Shown piece after piece: positions 14,410 to 25,420 of a DNA stretch of 64,000 bases. Both the position numbers and the translations under genes were made by a program. Location: contig CM120640.1 in assembly GCA_051362555.1 (NCBI GenBank), positions 43,378,788 through 43,442,787 of the forward strand, given 5' to 3'. This DNA comes from Lingula anatina. Taxonomy: Eukaryota > Animalia > Brachiopoda. Numbering within the stretch: position 1 is the stretch's first letter; each line of letters begins with the position of its first letter. The notes beneath the pieces were generated by a model. That model did no database searches, was not told where the DNA came from, and saw nothing but the letters and a program-made list of their open reading frames with translations.

Positions 14410-17400
14410 CAAACAGACTGCATTGCCTACTGAAGCTGTATTTTAGTCCCATGTTTCTATCCTGTAAGTTTGAGAACAGTAAGTGACATGATTTTCCTTA
14501 AATGGTCATCATGGAAGCAGTGCCCGAAATGGGGGTTTCTTCAAATTTTGATGCAATATTACATAATGTTTAACAGCTAAATGACCATCAATTTTTAATT
14601 ATAAAATATTTGTATCACAGATATTCAGAAAATGTGACTAGCAAAGGTCTTCAGGCCCATGGAACTTCAAAGTCACGCCTTGATAATGCCAAAATGTAAA
14701 CAAGACAGCACTGTTCTGAAATGGGTTTATTTCCATTTTTAACACTTTTTTAACATAAAACAAAATAAACATTTTACTGCCATTTTTATATGTCCAACTA
14801 AGAAAATTGATGAGATGGGAAAAGTATCAATAGAACAGTGTTAAATGTCCAATTTCCTCCATTCTGAGTTTCTGAACATAGTGGATGATTGAATCTGACA
14901 AACTGCAATGATATGAGTTTATTTCCATTTTTGACACTTTATTACACAATACATGATAACAAGTTTACCATGTTTTTTACATAATCAACTAACAATGTTG
15001 TAAAGATGCAGGAAATATCAAACAAACACTTTTAGGCATCTTATTAGTTAAATAATGAGACTGTTAACATGCCTAATAATTGAATCTGAGGAAATGTGAA
15101 AAAACAGTATAACTTCTTAAGTAATGGCCCGATTATGCTTATTTTCGAACTCAACCTGCGTTTTAGTAAGATTGACCACTCCTGTGAGTATAATTACAAT
15201 TGGCCAATCCGTTTTTCTTATATTGTGTTATCAGTGTTGCATTTATATTGAAAATAGTGAAAAAAACAGCATAAATTACCTAAAAGTGACCCGATCATGC
15301 TGATTTTCGAACTTGACCTGCGTATTATGAATATTCATCAGTTCTGTAAGTTTCAAGTCAAAAGGTAAAATGGTTTTCCACTTATCGTGTTATCGGTGCT
15401 GCATATATGCTGAAAAAAGTGAAAAAACAGCATAAATTCCCTAAAAGTGACCCGATCATGCTGATTTTCTAACTTGACCTGCGTATTATGAATATTCATC
15501 AGTTCTGCAAGTTTCAAGTCAAAAGGTAAAATGGTTTTCCACTTATCGTGTTATCGGTAAAAGTGCACGGCGACGGCGACGACGGCGACAGCGACGACGG
15601 CGACGGCGACGACAGACGCAGATGATGGCTATATGTACAGACACATCTCTGTCTGTACATAAAAAACGATTCACCATGAGATGGCTATCATATAAAAAGA
15701 ATCAGAATCTTTGTGACCTACAAAAATTTGTAAAAATTACATGAGTGAATAAAAGATGTAACACTTGACATTTTCTTTCCTGTCTCTTCATCAACTTCAA
15801 GAAGCAACCACATTTATATCAAAGATCAATAAGCTCATCAGAATGATGTGACCAACAACTATCCTCCACACAAATCAGGAATCAAATTACTTTGATCAGT
15901 TTTAGTGTTTGTAACAGTTTCAGTAAAAAATAGTTCTCTTTTTTAAGTTAAGTTCAAGAATCAATGAGTTCTGAGCAAAAGAAAAACAAAATCTTGGCAA
16001 CCATGCTTATACAGTTTTACAATCACTGCATTGACCTTTACAGATTTCCATTCCATTATATGATTCCCTATCTCTCTGATATGTGTTAAGCTGTATACTA
16101 AGACTATTGGCATAATCCCAGTATTGTTGCTTGCTTTACCAGACAAGCAGCACTGTAACAAATGAGAATGAAAAGTTGTGCCATATGCTTGTGCATTTAT
16201 TCCCTGGTTAATTGCCTAAACTGAAAATCCCAAAGGAAAAGAGAATATTGTAACTGCATATTTATGAATTGAACTAAACCCTATGGAAAGATGTGGAGCC
16301 AGGGTTTCTAAAGCATATTGAACTTGGAGATTGCTTTGGAACCTATTTGAAAAATAAGGACCATTTCTAAGTTGTAAAGAGGAGGGTAATATGCAGAAAG
16401 TGTGTCATGGATCCCTGACACTGAACCAGTGGCAACCCTGTAAACATTTTAAAGGAATTCCATTTGGGGCATATGCTAAGTTTTCGACTTTTAGATAACA
16501 TTTTAAAACACCTTTGATCAAATGTCATACCCCAAGTTACAAATGTTCTGCAAATATTCTAACGTTTTCAATGCAAAAATAATAAGGGGGAGGGGGGCTT
16601 TTTAATAGCCTTGCATTTTTTAAAAAATATATTCTGACAGAAAGGTTCCTTTACTTTGTTTTCACCTCTATCCAACCTTTACACTTTGACACTCCCATAT
16701 CTTATAACAAAAACTATACTTGCCACTATGTATATTGAATAGTAGTAATTTGCTCTGACTCACCATTTTGTATCAGTTCTGCTAGTGTTCCACTTCTTTA
16801 TTTGCATGCAGTAGAAGTTCTAATTACCTTAAATCAGGTCATTATTCAGTCTGAAAAGAAAAAAATCTAACACTGTATAAAGGAGACCCTTTTCCTTTTT
16901 AGGTATAAATTTTTCAACACAGAAGATATGATGGTGCCTGTTGGCGATAGAGCAGATAATATAAAATCTGGATTTTTCTGTGTATGAACATCATCAAGGT
17001 TTTTTTAAAAATTCCCAATTCATATAAATTATTAATTTTATTGAGCAGTTAGAGTAAGAGGCACACCTATTAGGACAAGATGAAACCTATGCATGCTTCA
17101 AGCTCAATGGAGATTGATGGATGTAAGTCAACTAAACAGGAAATGTTACCATAAAGATGTATATTTTTTTCATAAATCTTATCTCAATTAGTAGCAAAAT
17201 CTCCCTCTAAAACAGTCTGTAGGTTATCAAGCTAATAGGTTATGCAGAACATTACAAGTTTCTGGCCTCTGACTAACTTCACTTATTTCTTACAGGCAAG
17301 CACAACAGTGAATGTACTGTAACAAAACATGAAGACGGGGATGCTTCAGCTAAGAGACAAATTTCTGTAAGTGTGGACTTTAATTAAGTAACATTAGTAT

Positions 17401-17825
17401 GCTGCAAATGTCATTAAGTTTGTTACATCTCACGGCAAACCCAGTAACTTTCAGGGTGTAACAACACTTCTATCAACTTTAGTAATTATAAGCATGACAA
17501 AGAATATTTTCAACCATTATTGGCATTAAACACCGATTCTATTAATTTGTACAATCTGTCAACAGCACTTGTTTTGTGTTCTTTTGTTGAAAGTACAAAA
17601 TATATCGTACATTCGACAAAATAGTGCGTCGCGTAAATCTTCAAATTTAGTAAATAAACATTAAGAAATAGCATAATGACAACTGACTCAACATTTGACC
17701 GATGCTAAAAAGTCACAAAATGAATTTCAGTGTTAGAAATGATTGCGTTGCCACTGCGCTTTCGTTTTGGCAGTAAAGGTTACTAATAATCTCCAGCTAT
17801 ATTGTACTTTGAATCCACTTACCAT
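1518..17825 (-). CDS. KIF3B: Kinesin-2 motor subunit KIF3B/KRP95-like, 22 coding exons, ~757 aa
   Basis: GT-AG exons joined in frame: 17825-17823 (ATG only, then gtaagt), 10036-9939, 9314-9213, 8910-8786, 8580-8456, 7727-7644, 7168-7089, 6852-6783, 6539-6447, 6270-6138, 5824-5737, 5529-5434, 5325-5246, 4926-4778, 4538-4446, 4190-4086, 3856-3618, 3380-3267, 3005-2897, 2484-2345, 1913-1848, 1599-1518 (TAA); total 2274 nt. Motifs: [10 protein letters not shown]-loop GQTGTGKT, switch I NEHSSRSH, switch [27 protein letters not shown], neck [19 protein letters not shown]. The tail [15 protein letters not shown] and C-terminus [10 protein letters not shown] are KIF3B-type. The ATG exon is the least certain part. 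Confidence 0.95.
2137..2175. repeat. Compound (CT)n(CA)n microsatellite in a KIF3B intron
   Basis: Read directly from the sequence. Confidence 0.9.
11764..15666 (-). mobile_element. Composite non-autonomous Helentron-associated element (HINE / pearl / DINE-1-like) in KIF3B intron 1
   Basis: On the - strand: T-run, hairpin ATGTACAGACA-N6-TGTCTGTACAT (15633-15660), (GTC/GCC)n microsatellite, 161-bp tandem repeats, then subterminal IR (ATGTACAGACA at 11789-11799 on +), short palindrome GGCAGC-AAA-GCTGTC (11772-11786) and T-run. A second internal 5' end lies at ~13720-13807. No transposase ORF. Confidence 0.8.
12937..13720. repeat. 161-bp satellite-like tandem array (~5 units); further units at 13803-13965 and 15096-15557
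   Basis: Anchor GTGAAAAAAC(A/T)G(C/T)ATAA recurs at 12937, 13099, 13260, 13421, 13582 and at 15096, 15257, 15419. Confidence 0.95.
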
Positions 17826-18250
17826 TTCATTAAGGAAACGTAGAAAATATGTCGTGTATTTCCCTAGTGATATTTCAATCAGATTTTTCACCAAAAATTT
17901 CACGCATGCTCAGTTATCTCATTTACGGAAAAGGAAAGAAACTAGCATTAATATTAGCGCTTAAACTCAAGATAATCCAAATCCAAAGAATCTTCAATTT
18001 TCAATCTTCAATTTTATTAATGAATAAACATTGAGTAAGATCTTTTCAAAACTAAGGTACATATTTGCTTAAGTATCATCAAATTCAACGAAATTGATTT
18101 ATGAATTAGTAACATTTTTAGCATATATACAATTAATTTCGTTCGTTCATTAACTTAATAAGACCTGTTGTGCAAGTGTGTTGTCAGTGCAACAGGTGAA
18201 ACGGCAGGGCAATGTTTTTAAAAGTTCACAAGACCAATATTGCGCCCAAG
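17826..18250. promoter_or_regulatory. Probable bidirectional promoter and 5'UTR exons of KIF3B(-) and CRACR2A(+)
   Basis: Local CpG enrichment; minus-strand ATG|gtaagt at 17823; plus-strand strong donor AAG|gtaagt at 18250/18251 and a second candidate donor near 18503. The CRACR2A ATG exon begins with an acceptor at 28763. Confidence 0.55.
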
Positions 18251-19603
18251 GTAAGTTTGTTAACAGCCCGTTTGGCTGATATGGGCATATTTGAAAGGAA
18301 GATTAAGATTAATTCGTGGAATAAATTGATAGATATTGGTTTCTTGCAGACTTGTGTAAATCACAGAGCTGGCAAAGATCCCTTCGATTTTCAAAGTTCG
18401 TGTCCGCCTTCCTTTTCCAACTCGCTCTTCACTTCATTACTAAATTGCTTTGGTTGTTTGTATTGTATTGTTTAAATCGGGTATTCGAGGTCACTGTCAC
18501 GAGGTAAAAACACGTAAAAGCAACACGACGGTGGTCAAAGTGAAGTTGTTGAAATTATATTTGAACATCACATTACTGTACATGTATGCTTGCTTTTAAG
18601 AAGTTAACCGGCATTTATAAACTTATAGACTTTATATTCATCTGAATTAGGAGTTTCTTAGTTTGAATATTTACGTCAAGACAATCGTTTTTTTTTTATA
18701 ATGAAATAAAATATACATGTATAAATGTTCATTTTGGCAGAATTCAGATTTAGGACGGGGGGGGGGGGGGGAGGGGGTTGATATCTCTTTCATAGGAATC
18801 AGATGCAAGGGTAAAAATGCTGTTACTTATGCCAAAAAGTATTAAAATATTAGACATTAAATATTAAACGTAATTTGGGTTTAGATATATATCTGTAACA
18901 GCTTTCAAAGATTTGCTATGTACCCACCTGCAGTGTTGTCAAAAGACATGTTGGGTTTCATCTCTTAAGTTGTTAATTAAGAGCAGTGCTTGTTAAACCA
19001 ATCATATTCTAGCCCTTCTTTTATTTTTGATTAACTATCAAATAAATAGATTCATCCCAGCGATTTAAGTTATGAGAAAGAAAAAATGTGAGAAATCCAT
19101 AATTTAGATAAACAATATAACCACTTATTCTAAGCATATATAAAGCAGAAAATCAGTACAATTATATCCACTATAAGTGCAGTTCATCTAAATACTTTAT
19201 TGACACACCTTAATATTAGCTTTTTATTTATCTGAAAATCATGATTATTTTAATTATTTTTAAACACAAGTTTGAACAGGGTCTGAGATCCTTGTTTTAT
19301 AAAAGTTAAATATAGTTCAAATACATGTAACAGACATCGTCTTATGATAGTTGGCGTAATGTCACAAAATTAAAATTTCCATTCCAAACGCAAGCGATTT
19401 AGTCTGAAATATTAAAATATCATACCTTGGTAGGTTGAAACTCAAAGGGAAAGTTCATGACAACAGTACAAAAGTGGTTGTAAGGATGTCACTTGCAGCT
19501 TAGATCAGGATTCACTACTAGATAGTTAGATGTGCAGTTCATGCACTATTTTAGAATAGTGTTTTTTATGAGAGAACAGTTTCATTAGCTCTGTATGTAT
19601 CAA

Positions 19604-19770
19604 TTTAAATTATTGTTTTTCTTTTTATCAAGAGCTTATAAAATATGTTATTAAATAATATACCCTAGTCATTTACTCCCTGATTATGGTGACTGACAGT
19701 CACAGAAATATTGGAGGTAATACCCACATATTTTATAAGCTCTTGATAAAAAGAAAAACAATAATTTAAA
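19604..19770. repeat. Perfect 45-bp inverted repeat with 77-bp spacer
   Basis: 19604-19648 TTTAAATTATTGTTTTTCTTTTTATCAAGAGCTTATAAAATATGT is the exact reverse complement of 19726-19770. Confidence 0.9.
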
Positions 19771-20622
19771 GTGTTTTTTAACTTTCAATTCCAACCTTTT
19801 AAATGTCAAGTATTTTTTTTTTTTAGTTTTTTATTTTTATCTGTTGATGTGTTGTTGCATGAAATAGTGGTGAAATGGCAATTTAACTCCCCTTTCCTTT
19901 AGGATTGAATGTTTTTTTCAACACCTGGGTTCTTTTTGCATGGGGCCATACACCACACCCCCTCATTATTAAAATTTCAGCTCGTTTTCCTTTGACAGTT
20001 TAGTGGGTAATTTGTGTGACCAGGTGAGCATTGATTGATAAGTGTACAGAGTTGTCAGGTCCAGTTTATTTTTGAGAGAAAAATTGTTGGCATGTTCATT
20101 AACAGCTCTGTTAGATGGCAGCTGAATAATGTAAGAAAATACCATGTATTTACATAAAGACAGATGCTCAATGAATACAGTTTACTGTTATACTGTACCA
20201 AGTGTGTACATTTATTTGTTAATGTGACTTATCTCGATGTACTGCGAACAACTACAAACTTAGAGCAGCTGATATTGATGCAAATGATGAATAAAATATG
20301 CTTTCTGTAGGTGTGTGTATATGCCCTCATGTAATTAACTTAGACTAACTGTATTTTTAGACATAGACAGCACTTGCTAGCAATCAGGTGTTTAGAATCA
20401 GACCATATTTAACTTTAAGCTGAGGCAGAAAATCCTGTGTGTTCTTATTTTGGAAAAGCTGTCATTTAGGTAAAGTATATGTCAGAGGGAAGAGATATTA
20501 ATTACCATGTAGTAGATTGTGGGTTGTTTTTATGATAGTATTTATAATCATTTACTGATTTTAAAGATATGATTGACATGTTTACAAGTAGCTAATCAGT
20601 GAACCAATCAGTATAAGTCTTA

Positions 20623-20870
20623 GAGGACATTCAGAACAAGTTAATCTGCGGACTAAATATGGCCCACTAATTTAAAAGCAGCACCAACTAATTCCCTGAT
20701 GGCCTCTCTGCCTCCGTTAGTGCAGTTGTTGCAGGGGCCTTGCAATTAAACCTCCGAGCTTTGTAGAGGGGAAAGACCATTAGGGGATTAAGTGGTGCTG
20801 CTTTAAGTGGGGTCAGCCATGTTTTTTGACCAATCTGTAAGTATGCGAATCATCTGTTCTGAATGCGCTC
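20623..20870. mobile_element. PIF/Harbinger-like MITE (family A)
   Basis: Imperfect TIRs GAGGACATTCAGAACA...TGTTCTGAATGCGCTC, internal inverted arms (AAAGCAGCACCA/TGGTGCTGCTTT), TTA on both flanks (20620-20622, 20871-20873). Confidence 0.7.
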
Positions 20871-20873
20871 TTA

Positions 20874-21088
20874 GGGCGTATTCCCAGAGCTTTTAGATCG
20901 ATCTATCCCCGCGGGGAGTCTCACTAGATTACTGTCAGATAATCCAGTTTAAATGTCCGTCCCGCCTACTTCAAGCTTTAAGGGGGTAATAAACTTTCGT
21001 GCCCGCTCGGCTGACAGCTATTTAGCGTGAACCCCCAGGGAGTTGGGTCGATCTAAAGTAGATCGATCTAATCTCTGGGAATGGGGTC
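20874..21088. mobile_element. PIF/Harbinger-like MITE (family B), abutting the family A copy
   Basis: TIRs GGGCGTATTCCCAGAG..TAGATCGATCTA and TAGATCGATCTAATCTCTGGGAATGGGGTC; TTA flanks at 20871-20873 and 21089-21091. Confidence 0.7.
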
Positions 21089-22114
21089 TTAATCAACACC
21101 TTAAATTAAAAAGACAATTGGGGCCAGTATATTTTTCTTTGGACCAGTGCATTTTTTAGAATGTGTGAATTGAGTGGTTCAGTATGGACATTTTTTCTCA
21201 AAGTTTTCAAAAGAGATTTTTAATTTGATTATTTCTTTCTGAAATGTAACTGTTACAAGCTGATTCTATGTTTAAAAAGCATTTGACAAAATCAAGGTCT
21301 TGCTATTATTAATATTATCTGGTCTTATTGAAATTTTATGCAGACCAATGAATCCTGATTCAAACCAGTAAATTTTAGGAAAGTTGTGGTCTGAATAGCC
21401 AGTAAGCAGAAAAACTTATGACACAGACTGTGAATTTAGAAAGAGAAGAAGAAAAACAGCTAACTAAAGAACAATTCTGGTATAAATTGAAGGCACCATC
21501 TTGGCTATTGAGTTTGATTGAAAAAAGCATTTAATATATACTAAACATATATTTATTAAAAGATCTATGTATTTGTATCCCCTACGTTTAATAATTGCTC
21601 ATTTTCTTCTCTTTATACGAAGTACTAACGTGAATATTTGTAGTTGCTAGTTGATTAGAATGACATTTGATCTTTAAACAATATCCTTAAATGTTAACTG
21701 GGCTTAGTTTTACAATCTGCATTTTTTGTATTCAAGGCATGCCTGGGGTCAGACCTTCAGGGGGAAAATAAAGTAGATCTGTATGTTTTTCATTTATGCA
21801 TACTAAATAAATCTGTAAAATAATGCCCATTTATATGTAGTCAGCGACTAAACTAAAAACATTTCATGCAGGTTCAGAATTTGCATTATATGCTGATAAG
21901 CTCATGTTTTTTTTTTTCAGTCTCAAAATATTTACTACTATCAAAGACTGAAAAATAAGATTGATAAATGTCCTTTTTTGACAATATATTCATTGTTTTA
22001 AACATGAACAATCAAGCATGCATGTGCCAGATGAAGTCTAAATAACCTTGTGTCTAGACTATGATATTGGAGAACAAATAATGTAAATAATGAGTATGTT
22101 GTGGAACTTTGTAC

Positions 22115-22284
22115 ATTATATTATATTATATTATATTATATTATATTATATTATATTATATTATATTATATTATATTATATTATATTATATTATATTATA
22201 TTATATTATATTATATTATATTATATTATATTATATTATATTATATTATATTATATTATATTATATTATATTATATTATATTAT
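22115..22284. repeat. (ATTAT)n pentanucleotide microsatellite, ~34 units
   Basis: Perfect run; explains the YYIIL ORFs in all three frames. Confidence 0.98.
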
Positions 22285-22771
22285 GAACAAAAGAATATCA
22301 GCATTATCACAGATATTTTGGAGTGCCTTATGACAATGCAAATCTGTCCAGCACTGCTTTATTGCCATTGTGTTCTTCATACAGTAGTGTGTATTCAGAT
22401 CAGAATGGGTAAATATGGAGGTGAATTATGCTGACAGTGTTATTGTTAAGCTGTATTTGTGTAGTAAAAAATACCTAGGCATACCATATTTGCAAGCCTG
22501 GTGTAAGAGGAGACAGACTTATTTTTGTGTCTCGGTAAGTTGAGCTTAGGGTCTTGGAGATAAAAAAAGTTGCTGGAAATACATATAATGAGGTAATTTT
22601 AAATATACTTTGTTGTCTCATAGACTGTGAAATGATGATTAATCTTTTAATCATTAGTTAACAGATATTTATTATACTGCTTGATTTTAATGTCAAATAT
22701 TCATCTTGTGAACAATTCTGTGACTCTTATCTATGAGAACGCTCAAATAAACAAATAAACCCATCCTACAA

Positions 22772-22896
22772 GCTAGATCGATCCAACTCTGCGGGGATTC
22801 TCGCTTAAGTGTAGCCAATGTCTGACGCAATCTAAATAGAATGATAGTTTATTGGGAATGGGCCCAAGGTGTATGGGATAGGGTAATAAACTTTCC
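22772..22896. mobile_element. Degenerate fragment of MITE family B
   Basis: Shares TAGATCGATCCAACTCTGCGGGGATTCTCGCT, TGGGAATGGGCCC and GGGTAATAAACTTTC-like blocks with 20874-21088. Confidence 0.5.
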
Positions 22897-23111
22897 GCTA
22901 GAATTACTAACATTATGTTGAAACCTGAGATTTATGATTTATTGCTTGGGTAAGTGTCTTTTAGATCTTTTCTCATAGATCTTTGCCAGATAATATACAA
23001 TCAGAAGAACATATCAGATTATGTGGATGTTATAATAAGTGCAGTGGGCAATGAAAGTGAGCTGCTTGCAAAAGATGTCGATATTTTAGTCTGTGTATGG
23101 CAATACTATAT

Positions 23112-23285
23112 GGCCGTATTTAGTACAGTGGACTAAGTAGTCCACGGTCAAATATGGCGACCAACTAAATAGCTTGCAGTCTAATATGCTAATAAACACT
23201 GAATAGATACCCCGTGGGGAAGTATTCAAGTGGGTCAGCCATATTTGACCCTCGGACTATTTAGTCCACTGTTCTGAACATGGCC
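23112..23285. mobile_element. MITE related to family A with ~50-bp imperfect TIRs
   Basis: GGCCGTATTTAGTACAGTGGACTAAGTAGTCCACGGTCAAATATGGC matches the reverse complement of GCCATATTTGACCCTCGGACTATTTAGTCCACTGTTCTGAACATGGCC; TAT on both flanks. Confidence 0.7.
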
Positions 23286-25367
23286 TATGTGAAGAAAAAT
23301 AGCACTTTAGTCTGCTTAACATAACTTGGGACCCATTGGTAGTATACATTATTATAGTCTATAATGGATCCAAAACATAATTAAATTATATTGATGCAAT
23401 TAAATTCTGAATAATTGCCACATAGTGATGAGATTTGCTCTAATTAAAGCAGGTTTTTATGAGAGAGTAATTAACAGTGTTGGTTATAATGAGTAGTTTA
23501 AGTTATTTATAACGAGTAGTAAGTCGCTCATAGAAAATAAAATTTGTGCTAAATGAAACTACACTTAACATTTAAATTACAGGCAGTAGGCAGCATGGAT
23601 GGATAATTAAGTCACATGTGACAAGGTCTCATTACTCCAATGTGTTGGTCATAACAAGATGCATAATTAGTGACTTTATGGTCAGTTGACAGCTGTCTTT
23701 TCTAATGGGAATCATCCAAGAAAGTACTAAGTTTTGCTACTCGGCATAAATCAAGGGAGGTTTCATAATTAGGAGGAGAGAGGGTCAGAAATAATGGCAG
23801 ACTAGCGATTGCAGTGCAGCACCCACAACAAGTAAAAGCTGAAAGAATTTATCTGTAGATATTTTTTGGTTGTTTCTCTTAAGCACTGTTGTTTTTTTTA
23901 TGCAAAAGTAAATTTACTGTATATGTTTTACATGTCACTTTTCTATTGCTTTCTTTTTTATATTTTTGAAACGTTTTCACTACACCTGCATGGAACTTGT
24001 ACTGGAACTTGAATGGAGCTTCCTGCAGGGCCTAAGAATAGGCACACAGGTTTTCCAAATTTTCCTCTTTTCGTATGACATCATGTTGTGCCAGATGACT
24101 GCCATCATGATGCGTCTTTTAGACAAAGATAGTATAATTAAAGGTCTGTTTGTCAAAATCCGTTGAGTAACAGCTTTGATCAGTTGGCTGTTCATAAGTG
24201 TTGATAAAATCAGTTTACGCTTCTTTTTATGCCTTCTGCATATTACTAACTACATCAGTCATGAAGACTCAAGTGACCGGGTAGGTACTTGTCGTGTGGG
24301 TAAGTGGATATTTGTGTGTATTTTAGGTGATTTAATGCTGCATATTTGGTGATAGTTCATTTGGAAGGAAAATGACTGCCACTACAACCTGGGCACAAAA
24401 TACGTTTTGTACATGTGTCCATATATATATATATGCAGGTGAGATGATACATACATGCCACCTGTGCCATGCGGTGACAGAACCCCAAGGGGATATATGT
24501 GTAGTAGGTGTAAATTATAGTGCCTATGTACTAGCTAAATCTAATGTACCGTTAATTAGATCTTAGTAACTAGTTAAGACGTACTGATAATGAATTGGTG
24601 AAAAAGTCAAATATCCAGTGTAAAAATGTTAACTATTCAATTTGGCCATAAATTAATATACTTATTAGAGCTAAGAATGTGTGATTTGAACATATATCCT
24701 CGTATACCTGGTAAATACCTACAAACATGCATGTGAAAGAAAATGTTTTTAAGTTGTGACATACATTGTCATACCCCAGTTGACATGGCCATGGGGTACT
24801 ACAGTATGATAGTCTTACAGTCTACCAGTACCAGTATAGTGCACTTTATTGAAATGTGTTTTATTTATTATTTACTGAAATGACAAAAAGTGTACAATGT
24901 ATAGAGGCAGTTGTGACAAATGTGAGTTGTTTAAACATTCAATGTAGCATGACCCTGATAATGGGGTAAAAGTTGCCCTTAATGTCAAAGTGATGTCAAT
25001 GTCAACTAGTAAATGGCTCTGCGTTTCTCAGTCTCATGGTGCAGCTGACCACATGCTGAGAGGGACGTTGTGAAGATATGCACTGTTGCATGGTGTGGCA
25101 TCATTGCTATAATACATATAACACATAAAGGAGGGGTGGAATGTACACTTATCTTTTTAATGGGCTGATATACAAGAAATGTGTAAACTCACGTGATGAA
25201 CAAATACTTTGGACATTAAGGAGTTAAGGGGCATTTTAATAGTCTTTTTATCAAATGTGCAAAATGTAAGATATATGTGCCTATTTGGCAATCTTATTGA
25301 AATAGATAAATGTATTCATAAGTATCATAAGTAAAATTGGCTTCCTTATTGACTACAGTTTTTGTAT

Positions 25368-25369
<2 letters not shown>

Positions 25370-25417
<48 letters not shown>
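25370..25417. repeat. (GA)n microsatellite
   Basis: About 24 perfect GA units. Confidence 0.97.

Positions 25418-25420
<3 letters not shown>

Noticed and set aside
12937-15557. 161-bp repeats as a CRISPR-like array
   Set aside because: Units are contiguous with no unique spacers, there are no cas genes, and the context is a eukaryotic intron.
16300-16440. CAGGGTT...AACCCTG hAT-like MITE
   Set aside because: TIR match is only ~7-8 bp and there is no TSD.
1518-17825. Assignment as KIF3A or KIF17
   Set aside because: The tail RTTRDYEGP and terminal SRGLVPK are KIF3B/KRP95-type.
22090-22434. YYIIL-repeat ORFs in three frames
   Set aside because: Artefact of the stop-free (ATTAT)n microsatellite.
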